A stretch of DNA of 64,000 bases from an uncultured cyanobacterium (GCA_963703315.1 OY969811.1:1376001-1440000); one strand, 5' to 3'. Shown: positions 42,267-52,644, numbered from the stretch's first letter. Notes: a model not told the origin generated them from the sequence alone. A program made the numbers and translations.

Positions 42267-45200
42267 TTATGTTACTGGGCTTACCTTGAGATTACTTTGT
42301 AAATAATCATGCAGCCATTTATTTCCTTGAGCAACTAGATTAGAGAGATTGAGATCCCATAGACCAATAGAGTTACTACTATGTCCAGATGCAAATCCAC
42401 GACCATCAGGTCGGAAGCAAAGGGCGATCGGTGTGCTATCTGGGCATAAAAGGGTTTGTAATTCCTTGCCATCAATACTCCAGAGCTTGATGGTGTTATC
42501 ACTACTTCCTGAAATAATACTGCGTCCATCAGGGCTAAAAATGCCTGTCCATACACCTCCATCATGACCTCTAAAGGTCTGCAATATATGTCCCTCAAGG
42601 TTCCATAACTTGAGTGTGCCATCACCACTACCCGACAAAATATACTGCCCATCAGGACTAAAGCACGTACTCCAAACTGCGCCACGATGACCGCGTAGGG
42701 TTTGAAGTTCTGTACCATCAATACTCCATAGCTTGATGCTATCATCACCACTACCAGAGACAAATCTTTGACCATCAGGACTAAAATGCACCGCCCAAAC
42801 CGTTGATTTATGTCCTTTCAGGGTCGCTAATTCTGTACCATCAATGTGCCAGAGTCTAATCGATTTATCACTGCTACCAGAGATAAATTTCTGTCCATCG
42901 GGGCTGAAAGCTACTGCCCAAACTGCGGTGCTATGTCCTGTAAAAGTCCGTATCAGTTGATGAGAATTTTCCTTGATTGACCATAAGGAAATTGCACTAT
43001 CGCCACTACCGACTAATAGATGATGACCATCTGGACTAAAGCTGACACTAAGAATGTCTTGTTCACCTATGATCGCTTGCAGTTCATTACCTCGGAGATC
43101 CCAGATTTTGATTTGATCATCAATACTGCCTGAAGCAAGGATTTGACCATCGGGACTAAAGGCAACGGTACGCACCGCCGCGCTATGCCCCTCTAAGGTT
43201 TGCTGTGATCTATGGTCAATCTGCCACTGGCGCACCGTGCAATCGAGACTTGCGGAGAGTAGAGTTTTACCATCAGGGCTAAAGCTGACAGAACGAACGG
43301 GATCACTATGTCCCTTAAAGATTTGGAGTTCTTTGCCATTCAAGTTCCAGAGCTTGATATTTTTATCGGCACTACCTGATGCTAATGTATTGCCATCGGG
43401 ACTAAAACTGATACTGCGAATTGCACTGGAGTGAGCTTGAATGGAGAATATTTCTTCGATTTTGATTGCACTTTCAGAAATAGCCAATTCAGAAATAGCC
43501 AATTCTGAGGACTGAGATTCAGAATCTGCAATCAATTTCTCAATTTGCCAAAGCTTGAGAATATTATCACCACTACCTGACGCGATTAATTTCCCATTAG
43601 GGCTAATGCTGATACTCCGAATATCGGCGGTATGTCCCTTGATATCTTTGAGGAGATTGCCATCAAGATCCCAAATTTTAATAGTTTTGTCAGCACCACC
43701 TGAAATAATCCATTCACCATCAGGACTAAATAGGACAGCCCGCACATCGCCACGATGTCCACTGATGGTCAGCATTTCTGTGCCATCACGAGGCCAGAGT
43801 TTAATGGTCTGATCGGCACTGCCTGAAGCAATTATTTCGCCATTGGGACTAAATCTTGCCGTCCAAACAGCACCAGTATGACCTAAAAAGGTATGGAGGC
43901 GATCGCCACTCAGATTCCAGATTGAGATCGTCTTATCGCTACTGCTAGAGAGGATTGTCTGTCCATCGGGGCTAAACGATGCACTCCGAATAGGTGCAGT
44001 ATGTCCAACGAACTGTACTATTTCGGAGCCGTCACGTTGCCAAAGTTTAATAAGATTGTCTAATCCACCTGTGATAATTGTCGAACCATCAGGACTGAAT
44101 TCAGCACTCCATACACCTTCTAGGTGCGCTTGGATACGATATTTTTCTTTGATCTCGTAGATCGCTCGATAAATTGTGCTGGCTAACTGGAGGCAATTTT
44201 CACTAGAGATAAATTCGATTTCGGGTAGCCAATCTTGGGCTACGTCCATTGCTTTAACTAGCTCATCTAGATCGATGAGGTTCTTATCGATTAGACCGTT
44301 GAGATAGAGGCTATCCGCGATCGCCTGTGAGTTTTTGAATAAACTTTCTAATTGACGGACAGTTTGACGTAGTTCTCCTTGAGTTTTTTCGAGTTCTTTT
44401 TGCAGCTTTTGGATTTCTGGTGCTTGAGATTTGCGAATTACTACGGCTAGATAGTCATGCACTAACTGACAGCGATCGTTAGCATTTTCAGGAATTAATA
44501 CTACTAGTCCTGAACCAATCAAGATTTTGAGGACGAGTTCTATTTGGTTGCTTTCAATTTCCGTATCACTTTCCAGACTTTGAATTGGATCAATCTCTAC
44601 ATCAAATTTTGTGCCTAGTTCACTTTGTTTACGGACTTCATTATCGAGATGATGGAGACCGCGCTCTAGATCTGCATAGGTTTTGAGTGGTCTAGTTCCC
44701 TTTTCATCAGTCAACAAGTATAGGATCAAGTTGGTCAAGCGATAATTCTCTTTGCCACAATCACCAACTACATTATCTAAATATCTTTGGACAAGGGTTT
44801 CCTTGGGATTGTCACCTAATTTTTTATATTGCTGGATCGTGCTGATGCGATCGTGTTGTAATTGCGCTCCGACAATCTGCAACTCGATTGGGCGTACTTC
44901 ATCTTGCTCATTTTTTAAATCTTCTACTAAAATATCGATTAATTGCGGTTCTAAATAAAATTGCGCTCTTTCTGTCAATGTCTCAATAGTTGAATGTGCG
45001 GCAACCTTAGAGAAATTACCCAATTGATAAAGAACATTTTTACTGAGAATGTCATTATCGATCGCACTCATCCCTTTAACTTGATTGCCTTCTAATAGGT
45101 AATGAATATAATCTTCACGTAAAGATAAGACAACTTTGATCGATGACAAGTTTTGAAAATCACTAAGTAAACTACCCAGAAATTCAAAGAATCTTAGACG

Positions 45201-47216
45201 CTTGCTCAGATCATGTTGATAAACAAAGAAAAATTCTTCAAATTGGTCAAAGATTAAAACTGTCCGCAGGTTATGGGATTCATTCCAGCGCAATTGCTCA
45301 ACTAGGCGATCGAGCAGAATGTCCTTATTTAGTTCATCACAGTAGTTGAAATCGTTGAGAGGAGATGCGTTGAGACGTAGTGCTTGCAATCCATTGATCA
45401 AAAGTTGAAGCAGATCTTGTTCCCAATTTGTATAGACGCGAATAGAGATAGGAATTACATCACGCCCACTAAAAGAAGATTGCTGTAAAGCTGGTACTAA
45501 TCCTGCATTTATGAAGGAACTTTTACCGACCCCCGAATTGCCATGCAGCACAATCAGCTTGTAACGAGGCTCACCAATGCGTTTAGTTAATTCATCTAGA
45601 TCTTGCTTTCTTCCTGAAGCATGGATTTCTGGTGAGATGATAAACTTTTCTTTCTCACTAAAACTAGAATGCTCTTCTAAACAAGATTGCAACTGTCCTG
45701 CCCCCAGAAAAGCGCGATAGCCATAACGTTGCTCGATCGCGAGTCTCTCTTGTTTCGTCTGAAATGCTTCTAAATATTGTCCGCGATCGAAATATAAATC
45801 ACGCAGTGTATTTAAAAGCCGAATATACATTCGTGGATGTCCACAATGATCGCGTTTTTTCGCTTCGATCAAGTTCTCTAGTGCTTCGTCTTGATTGCCT
45901 ATTTTGATTTGCGCTTCTGCTAAATAGCACAAATATAGACCGTATAGCCAATGTACGGTTGTCGGTGCATCAGCTAGCAAAGCGATCGCCTGTTTAGCAT
46001 GGACTTTGGCAGTTTCCCATTCACCTTCTTCAAGGGCAACCTCCGCGAGAAATCCATAATCAGCCGCAATGTCACCATCATTACCATGATCTTGATGGAT
46101 TGTTAACGCCTGTTGCGAGAGTTCTCGGAGTTCTGACCAAGCTTGTAGGTGATGTAAAGTCCGTTGCAACTGCAAGTAGCAATGGGTCATCAAATCAGGG
46201 CGATTAGCCCTTTTAAAGCAAGCTAAGCTATGGATGAATAGCTTCTCCACTGCGTGCCAGTTTTCTTCATGGGAATGTTTTTCTTGTTTGGTGAGGTGAA
46301 AACGCCGCCGTCCAATTTGATAGAGTAGCAAACCTTGTCGCTCTTCATTTTGGACTGACTGCCAATACCGATAACTTGATTTCAGATACGATAGAGATTG
46401 ATGAAAGTCTCTCGCATTCATACCGCGAATAAAATCTAAACTCGCTTGCAAAGATGGCGCGATCTCCCGACCTTGATAGCGAAGATCGCGCAATGCGACA
46501 TTTAGTTCTGAAAAATAAATGCCTCCTAGATGGGCAATGCGTCCTAGGGTATGGCGGGGATCGATCAGGTTGGCGCTGAGTGCAAGATGAAATAGAGATT
46601 CAGTTCCTAATGTCAGTGATTCAATTAAATCATCACTAGCGATCGCAAATTCAATCGTGGTTGTCCAACTTTCAAAGTCAGGCGCAATCCTAATTAAGCG
46701 TTTTAAAAGATCATCATTAATCCATAAAACGATTGGGAAGAGACAATTTTTGCGAAATTCTTCGCGAATTTGATTTAATCCCTTGATTAAAGCGTCAACA
46801 TTTTCGGCATTCTCTAAGCCAGTCACCATCACCGCAGGTAAGTTCCCTTCTCTTATGGCGGGAGTCGATAATTGGATAGCATGATAAATTGACGTAGTTT
46901 TAGAATCTAAGCGCACTTGGCGGATTTTCGTTTCTGAAATTTCAGTCAGCCTAGCGATCGCGCGATCGCGGAGATTCGCATAATTACAACGAGCCAACAA
47001 GAGGGTAAAAGTGCCATCGTAGATATCTAGTAGCAAAGACAGTTCTTGCAGTGCATCTTCCAGTTCAGGAGAAATGTTAAAAGAATTGACTAGCTCGCTT
47101 TGGTAGATATCTAGTTGTGATGTCAGTTGCTGAAGCGCCTGTTCCACTTCAATGGAAATATTGTAACTAGTTGTATCTTCGTCTCGTGAATAATTGATGC
47201 GAGGATTCTCAGACAT
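42267..47216 (-). CDS. Multidomain STAND NTPase: N-terminal domain, TPR-like helices, P-loop NTPase (nSTAND1-like), 14 WD40 repeats
   Basis: Walker A HGNSGVGKSS, Walker B LIFDQFEEFF, LSLREDY, QLVHDYL; 14 GH...FSPDG...W repeats counted. Confidence 0.88.
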   Translation of the reverse strand: MSENPRINYSRDEDTTSYNISIEVEQALQQLTSQLDIYQSELVNSFNISPELEDALQELSLLLDIYDGTFTLLLARCNYANLRDRAIARLTEISETKIRQVRLDSKTTSIYHAIQLSTPAIREGNLPAVMVTGLENAENVDALIKGLNQIREEFRKNCLFPIVLWINDDLLKRLIRIAPDFESWTTTIEFAIASDDLIESLTLGTESLFHLALSANLIDPRHTLGRIAHLGGIYFSELNVALRDLRYQGREIAPSLQASLDFIRGMNARDFHQSLSYLKSSYRYWQSVQNEERQGLLLYQIGRRRFHLTKQEKHSHEENWHAVEKLFIHSLACFKRANRPDLMTHCYLQLQRTLHHLQAWSELRELSQQALTIHQDHGNDGDIAADYGFLAEVALEEGEWETAKVHAKQAIALLADAPTTVHWLYGLYLCYLAEAQIKIGNQDEALENLIEAKKRDHCGHPRMYIRLLNTLRDLYFDRGQYLEAFQTKQERLAIEQRYGYRAFLGAGQLQSCLEEHSSFSEKEKFIISPEIHASGRKQDLDELTKRIGEPRYKLIVLHGNSGVGKSSFINAGLVPALQQSSFSGRDVIPISIRVYTNWEQDLLQLLINGLQALRLNASPLNDFNYCDELNKDILLDRLVEQLRWNESHNLRTVLIFDQFEEFFFVYQHDLSKRLRFFEFLGSLLSDFQNLSSIKVVLSLREDYIHYLLEGNQVKGMSAIDNDILSKNVLYQLGNFSKVAAHSTIETLTERAQFYLEPQLIDILVEDLKNEQDEVRPIELQIVGAQLQHDRISTIQQYKKLGDNPKETLVQRYLDNVVGDCGKENYRLTNLILYLLTDEKGTRPLKTYADLERGLHHLDNEVRKQSELGTKFDVEIDPIQSLESDTEIESNQIELVLKILIGSGLVVLIPENANDRCQLVHDYLAVVIRKSQAPEIQKLQKELEKTQGELRQTVRQLESLFKNSQAIADSLYLNGLIDKNLIDLDELVKAMDVAQDWLPEIEFISSENCLQLASTIYRAIYEIKEKYRIQAHLEGVWSAEFSPDGSTIITGGLDNLIKLWQRDGSEIVQFVGHTAPIRSASFSPDGQTILSSSSDKTISIWNLSGDRLHTFLGHTGAVWTARFSPNGEIIASGSADQTIKLWPRDGTEMLTISGHRGDVRAVLFSPDGEWIISGGADKTIKIWDLDGNLLKDIKGHTADIRSISISPNGKLIASGSGDNILKLWQIEKLIADSESQSSELAISELAISESAIKIEEIFSIQAHSSAIRSISFSPDGNTLASGSADKNIKLWNLNGKELQIFKGHSDPVRSVSFSPDGKTLLSASLDCTVRQWQIDHRSQQTLEGHSAAVRTVAFSPDGQILASGSIDDQIKIWDLRGNELQAIIGEQDILSVSFSPDGHHLLVGSGDSAISLWSIKENSHQLIRTFTGHSTAVWAVAFSPDGQKFISGSSDKSIRLWHIDGTELATLKGHKSTVWAVHFSPDGQRFVSGSGDDSIKLWSIDGTELQTLRGHRGAVWSTCFSPDGQYILSGSGDGTLKLWNLEGHILQTFRGHDGGVWTGIFSPDGRSIISGSSDNTIKLWSIDGKELQTLLCPDSTPIALCFRPDGRGFASGHSSNSIGLWDLNLSNLVAQGNKWLHDYLQSNLKVSPVT

Positions 47217-47270
47217 AGATGTTTGATCTCTTTAAATATTTCAATCCTGAAGCATGGAGCCTTAAAGGAT

Positions 47271-48629
47271 CTAAGTTGTAGCAAACTCTTGAGCAGTAAC
47301 CAGTACAGGATTTACTTCAAACCAAGAACCGTCATCATCTTGATATTCATAGACATACATACTTCTAATTAAAGTTTGATAGCCAGTATCACCCACCACC
47401 TTCTTTGTAGTATTCACCTGTCGCAATAGCCTCCATTCATCGTCATCAATGGAGAGAACTAATTCATTACGACGTTTGCGAATAGTATCTTCTAAGACTT
47501 CGATGGTAATTGGTAGACCGCGCTGTTTACGGAGCGCATCATTTAAAAGTCGCATAATGTTGCGAACATGACCACCGCTAGCAAAACAGAGGCGATCTAG
47601 TGTATTAACACTGTCAAAGACTTCATTAATAGCACCCAAACGCTCAATAGGAGTGCTATCGGGCATGACTCGCGACAAAATCATTTGACGTAAAAGTGCA
47701 ATTCCTTCTTCATGGGTTGAGCCATCACGTTGCACTACAGGAACCATTGGCAAAACAATTGGGTCAGTCATAAACCGAGCCGTGAGTGTGCCGTAATCCC
47801 TAGAAAATCTCAGGGCGAGGGGCATCGTATACACTACGTGACATTGTAATTTACGCAGTTGCTCAGCGCGATCGACAAATAAATATTCAGTCTGTGGTCT
47901 GCCCCAAGGTTTGGGTGAGTCATCGACGCGATCGAGGTTATCCACAATTACCACAATGCCTTCTTTGCCGATTTTTTTGAGATCAGCGATTCCAGGCAGC
48001 AAAATTTCTTGATTAATTAAATCGAGCAAGCCATTGGTTTTTGGCTCCATATAGCCGCGTAACTTGCTCCGCATATCAGGACTGTCTTTAGTTTTGGCAG
48101 ACAGTTTGCCAATTCCTAGGGAGAGAGAAAATTCGCCACTGGTACTAGCTTCGATTTTGCCAACGCCAGGGACATCGGCTTCGGCAGAGAGTTCGATCTC
48201 GGTTTGTAAGATTTTAACTGCCCCGTTGAGCATGGCGCGAAATCCTTTGGCTTCGGTTTTGACCTTTACTGCTTCCAAGCTTTCTACTACGCGCCGCGCG
48301 ATCGCCAATAAAATATCACTGAGATCCACATCACCCATTTCCATGTCTTGACTAGACTCAAAGTACACGACATGAAAGCCTTCAGCCTCAAGTTGTTGTT
48401 TGAGTTGCAATATTTCTGTAGATTTGCCACAACCAATATGTCCAGTAAATAGCTGACAAGTTGGTTGCCCGTCAGAAAACAGCGAAATATTATCTTTTAA
48501 ATCTTCGACTACTTTGCCACCACGTACAGTCGAAAAGTCAATATAGTACTTTTTGTCTTCAGCACTATCCGCAAGCAGAGTTTTACTTGGATCAGTCGCT
48601 TTAAAAAATTTCTTGTAATCTACAGCCAT
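47271..48629 (-). CDS. P-loop ATPase (AAA/KAP-like), directly upstream of the STAND-WD40 gene
   Basis: FTGHIGCGKSTE, VVIVDNLDR, SGGHVR, W..VNP. Confidence 0.88.
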   Translation of the reverse strand: MAVDYKKFFKATDPSKTLLADSAEDKKYYIDFSTVRGGKVVEDLKDNISLFSDGQPTCQLFTGHIGCGKSTEILQLKQQLEAEGFHVVYFESSQDMEMGDVDLSDILLAIARRVVESLEAVKVKTEAKGFRAMLNGAVKILQTEIELSAEADVPGVGKIEASTSGEFSLSLGIGKLSAKTKDSPDMRSKLRGYMEPKTNGLLDLINQEILLPGIADLKKIGKEGIVVIVDNLDRVDDSPKPWGRPQTEYLFVDRAEQLRKLQCHVVYTMPLALRFSRDYGTLTARFMTDPIVLPMVPVVQRDGSTHEEGIALLRQMILSRVMPDSTPIERLGAINEVFDSVNTLDRLCFASGGHVRNIMRLLNDALRKQRGLPITIEVLEDTIRKRRNELVLSIDDDEWRLLRQVNTTKKVVGDTGYQTLIRSMYVYEYQDDDGSWFEVNPVLVTAQEFATT

Positions 48630-48867
48630 AAGTCACGCAATCCCTCTTTAGGTATGGATATTATATGGAATTTTTAGGAGTTTGAAAACCCAATTCTGTG
48701 ATGCGATTCTTAAAAATGCAAAAGGAAGTTGCGGCACTTTGCGCCGCAACTTCCTTTTGGACTTTTAAGTTTACTCCTTTCCCACCAAAGAAATAAGCAT
48801 ATAAAACCAAGAAATAGCTGTGCGCGGCTTCGCCGCGCACAGCTATTTCTTGACTGGCTGGCGATAG

Positions 48868-49641
48868 CTAGCTAACTTTAGGAGCAGCGATTAGTAAAAT
48901 CTTTTCCATTAGGAATGGAAAGAGACGATGACACCATACGGCGAGATGACTTTGCCAACCGACAAGAATTTCAGGGGCTTCGCGATCTAGTCCTGCAATC
49001 AAGGCTTTGGCAACTTGCTTAGGAGTCATCAGAGCCACCCAGCGAAACCACTCTAGATCTTGTGCCATGTCAGTATCAGTGAGGGATGGAAGTAATGCTG
49101 ATACCTTGATGTTGTAGGCAGCTAACTCACCACGCAAAGCTTGAGTGAAGCCCACGATCGCAAATTTAGTAGCCGAATAGGTTGCCATCGTCGGCGCGGC
49201 AACTTTACCCATAAGACTGGAGACATTGACAATTCTGCCTTGTCGCTGAACTGCCATGCGCCGCGCTACCATCCTAGTGATCGCATACATACCAAGCAGA
49301 TTGACTTCGATTTCGGATTGCACATCCTGAAAGCGCGATCGCAAAAATGAGGATTGATGCGCCACACCTGCACAGTTAATCAAGATGTCAATGGGACCAA
49401 AATCTCGCCATACTTGAGCGATCGCAATATTCACCTCAATAGTTTGCGATAAATCTAGAGGTAAACTCACCGCTTCTATTCCTAAAGCTTCCACTTCTGA
49501 AGCAACAGAATTTAAACGCTCAAGATCGCGTGCTACTAAAATCAAGCACCTTACACCCTGTTGTGCTAGCTCTAAAGCGATCGCCCGACCAATACCCCGC
49601 GAGGCTCCAGTAATTAGAGCCGTTTTTCCACGAACATTCAT
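48868..49641 (-). CDS. Short-chain dehydrogenase/reductase
   Basis: TGASRGIG, INCAG, NVSS, YSATK; GGAGG SD. Confidence 0.95.
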   Translation of the reverse strand: MNVRGKTALITGASRGIGRAIALELAQQGVRCLILVARDLERLNSVASEVEALGIEAVSLPLDLSQTIEVNIAIAQVWRDFGPIDILINCAGVAHQSSFLRSRFQDVQSEIEVNLLGMYAITRMVARRMAVQRQGRIVNVSSLMGKVAAPTMATYSATKFAIVGFTQALRGELAAYNIKVSALLPSLTDTDMAQDLEWFRWVALMTPKQVAKALIAGLDREAPEILVGWQSHLAVWCHRLFPFLMEKILLIAAPKVS

Positions 49642-49722
49642 AAAACCTCCAATAGTGAGGTCTCACTGTTTTTACTATTTGCGATGAACGTAAGTTTTGT
49701 AGCCTATGCCGCGTACTAAAAC

Positions 49723-49829
49723 TTACACCAAAACCAAAAACGGCATTTCCACTTTTAGTTTTGAAAACCCCTATTGGTTTTAAGTTTCAGTTTACAAAAG
49801 TGTTTTCACACTTTCGTGAACCAGTATTA
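49723..49829 (-). repeat. 107-bp MITE-like element, family D (diverged copy)
   Basis: Reverse complement aligns end-to-end with 58866-58972. Confidence 0.75.
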
Positions 49830-49955
49830 CGCAAAGTAAATTCTGTGAGACAGTAAATAATTTGTTGATCAGCAACTGATGACTAAACTCGTATATGCGT
49901 TGATTTTAAAAGTTTTGTTTAGTCATAGCTCTAACAACGGTCTAGCAATCGATGA

Positions 49956-49988
49956 TTAATCTTTCCCGCTCATTCCTAGTTCTGTCAT
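49956..49988 (-). CDS. Putative 10-aa leader/micro-peptide MTELGMSGKD
   Basis: AAAGGAGGT SD (minus strand 50003-49995) closely upstream of ATG 49988; TAA at 49956-49958. Confidence 0.35.
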   Translation of the reverse strand: MTELGMSGKD

Positions 49989-50466
49989 GCCGTTACCTCC
50001 TTTAGGAAACATGGTCTATGCAGTAATAAAGGAAAATTGATACAGACTTTTAACATGGATAAGACCTTACATCTGTTTTCAAAATATGTAAAGTATTATT
50101 AAATACATTCTCAATCTCTTTCGATAGAATTGTGAATAGAGTAATTGAAGATGACAATTCTTTCCCTGTCTATCTTCCAAGCTCTTATTGATTCTAAATC
50201 CAAGAAATAGTTAACATAAAACCAAGGTCAAAAATAGGTCAAAAGAATTACTCCTATAGACATAAAAATAGAATCTATTGAAAAATTACAGTTTTTAATT
50301 TGCGATTTTCCTTGGTTCTAGAACAATGTAAATTTTGCTTAGGACATGAAAATCCAAAAGATTAATAGCGATGCGAAGCGGTGCTATTAATCTTTTGCAA
50401 AAGCCTTAAAGTCTATAGCGCACGCTTAGCGTGCGCTATAGACTTTAAGGCTTTATACCGAGACAC

Positions 50467-51588
50467 TTATAAACTATCTGCTGAAGGCAAAATAACTGTA
50501 AACTGTGTCCCCATATTCACTTCACTTTGGACTGTGATCTTGCCATGATGGGCTTCTACAGCTTGCTTGACTATATATAAACCCATACCCAGCCCTTTAA
50601 CATTGCCGACATTCTCAGCTCTTAAAAATGGCAAAAATAGATTGTTTAAGTATTCGTTAGGGATGCCAATACCATGATCTCTAATATTAAGAATTAATTG
50701 CTGTGAATCACAAGTTAAGTCTACATCAATAGTCCCACCTTCATAGGAGTATTTGATGGCATTAGAAACTAAATTCATAAATATATGCCAGAGCAACTTT
50801 TTGTCAAGTTTTAATTTTTTGGATTTGCCATGACTATCAAAATTGATACGACATTTACAGGAACTTTCTTCTGATTGAAAACTTTCTGCGAGTTGCTGAC
50901 AATAAGCCTTTGCATCTATATTTTCAGGATGAAATGGGAATTTGCCAGACTCGGAACAAGCAATAAACTTAACCTCTTCCAGTAACCAATTAATATCTTT
51001 AATAGCCGATTGTATCGAAGCAAGATTTTTAGCTCTACTTTCTTTAGTAAGTTGATCTTCAAAGTTTTGTAATTTCCAAATCAACAGTCTAATTACTGAC
51101 ATTGGCGTTGAAAATTCATGGGATGCCATAGCCAGTAGTCGAGATTTTAAAATATGCAATTCTTTTTCTTTTTCTAAGGCTTCTTGCAATATTTTTTCTT
51201 CTTGATGCTTTTTGAGAGCCACCATGATTGCCATATTCACTTCAGCATATCTCAGTGGTTTTGTGAGATATCCATAGGGAGAAGTAGCGATCGCCTGTTC
51301 TAAAGTCTCAGGATCGCTAAAAGCAGTGAGATAAATTACAGGAATTGACGCTATTTTGTGAATCTCAGTTGTGGCAGTGATGCCACTATCTAAGCCGCGT
51401 AATTTAATATCCATCAAGATGATGTCTGGAAGGTGGCGATATATAGAGGCGATCGCACCATCACTACTATCAACTATTTCGATAACCCTATAGCCCAGAT
51501 CTGATAGAACATCTGAGAGGGCATTTGCTGTTACCAGTTCATCTTCTACAATCAAGACATCAGCGATCGTACTAGTCTTCACTGTCAT
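50467..51588 (-). CDS. Hybrid response regulator-histidine kinase (REC-HisKA-HATPase)
   Basis: LIVEDE, ILMDIKL, YGYLTKP, ASHEFSTP, NLVSNAIKYS, GLGMGL. Confidence 0.92.
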   Translation of the reverse strand: MTVKTSTIADVLIVEDELVTANALSDVLSDLGYRVIEIVDSSDGAIASIYRHLPDIILMDIKLRGLDSGITATTEIHKIASIPVIYLTAFSDPETLEQAIATSPYGYLTKPLRYAEVNMAIMVALKKHQEEKILQEALEKEKELHILKSRLLAMASHEFSTPMSVIRLLIWKLQNFEDQLTKESRAKNLASIQSAIKDINWLLEEVKFIACSESGKFPFHPENIDAKAYCQQLAESFQSEESSCKCRINFDSHGKSKKLKLDKKLLWHIFMNLVSNAIKYSYEGGTIDVDLTCDSQQLILNIRDHGIGIPNEYLNNLFLPFLRAENVGNVKGLGMGLYIVKQAVEAHHGKITVQSEVNMGTQFTVILPSADSL

Positions 51589-51703
51589 ATTTTTGTTTCG
51601 TCTCTATTGCAACTAGGCTAAGCAGATCTTACGAGCTGCTTATTTGCTTATTATTTAATTATACAATTACTATATAAAATTCAGAAAATTAGATGTGTTT
51701 ATA

Positions 51704-51807
51704 CAAGTAGCTGAGCGCAATTAAATATAAAACACAAAAACCTGTGGCGCACGCTGCGCGTGCGCCACAGGTTTTTGATCTGGTTTTTAATTATACCCAG
51801 CTCCTTA
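51704..51807. repeat. 104-bp MITE-like element, family B copy 2 (inverted vs copy 1)
   Basis: CAAGTAGCTGAGCGCAATTAAATATAAAA...CCTGTGGCGCACGC-TGC-GCGTGCGCCACAGG...CCCAGCTCCTTA. Confidence 0.85.
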
Positions 51808-52026
51808 GCTCTCGCCAGTTTTGTTAAGACCCCCCCCAAGAAGTGAGTTGCGGTGCAAAGCGCCGCAACTCACTTCTTGGGGGGGCGCGTCCCTTACAGC
51901 ACCAATGGCTGTAGCTAAATTTTCTAAAAAGCTATTTATTGATCGCCTTGACGCGATATGATAGTAGATCCTTGCTTCTAAATCAATTTAATAGAAGCCA
52001 ACTACTGCCCGTAAGGAAGAAATTAA

Positions 52027-52395
52027 ATGACAGTTAAGCGTTTGTACGAAACCATGTATATTCTGCGTCCCGATCTGCCCGATCAGGAAGCGGATGCAGC
52101 GATCGCCAAATATCAAGACTTTTTAGTACAACAAGAGTCTGAAGATATCACAATTCAACATCGTGGTAGACGCAGACTAGCCTACGACATTAAAGGACAT
52201 CGTGAAGGGATTTACATCCAAGTAAATTACACTGCAACTCCTAAAACCATCGAAAGCTTAGAAAAATCATTCCGCCTCGGTGATGATGTGATTCGTTACC
52301 TAACAGTTAAGCTTGAGCCAGAAGCTGTTGAAGAAAGTGAAGAGGCTATTCCTGATGCTGAAGCACCTGTAGAAGAAGTAGCTGCTGCTGAGTAA
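52027..52395 (+). CDS. rpsF: 30S ribosomal protein S6
   Basis: [34 protein letters not shown]. Confidence 0.97.
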   Translation: MTVKRLYETMYILRPDLPDQEADAAIAKYQDFLVQQESEDITIQHRGRRRLAYDIKGHREGIYIQVNYTATPKTIESLEKSFRLGDDVIRYLTVKLEPEAVEESEEAIPDAEAPVEEVAAAE

Positions 52396-52403
52396 AATCT
52401 CAA

Positions 52404-52441
52404 AAATAAAAAAACCTTGCTTAAGCAAGGTTTTTTTATTT
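52404..52441. terminator. Palindromic bidirectional terminator after rpsF
   Basis: AAATAAAAAAACCTTGCTTAAGCAAGGTTTTTTTATTT. Confidence 0.65.
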
Positions 52442-52491
52442 CCTAAATAATAAAAGCACGGCGCGAAGCGCCGTGCTTTTATTTAAAAGAT

Positions 52492-52644
52492 TTATAGGAT
52501 GCCCCAGAAGTGTAGTACGCCTTGACCACTAATTAATTCGATTGCTAATGCTGATACAAAGCCGATCATTGCTAGGCGACCATTCCAGTTTTCAGCGCCA
52601 GAAGTGAAACCCCAATTCCATACGTTACGGTTTTCGTCAGACAT
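52492..52644 (-). CDS. High-light-inducible protein (Hli/Scp, chlorophyll-binding one-helix)
   Basis: Missed by ORF track; manual translation [50 protein letters not shown] contains ExxNGRxAMxG. Confidence 0.95.
   Translation of the reverse strand: MSDENRNVWNWGFTSGAENWNGRLAMIGFVSALAIELISGQGVLHFWGIL

Noticed and set aside
42330..44130. Diversity-generating or hypervariable repeat mechanism in the WD40 array
   Set aside because: Repeats are substantially diverged at DNA level, and no reverse transcriptase or template repeat lies in the window.
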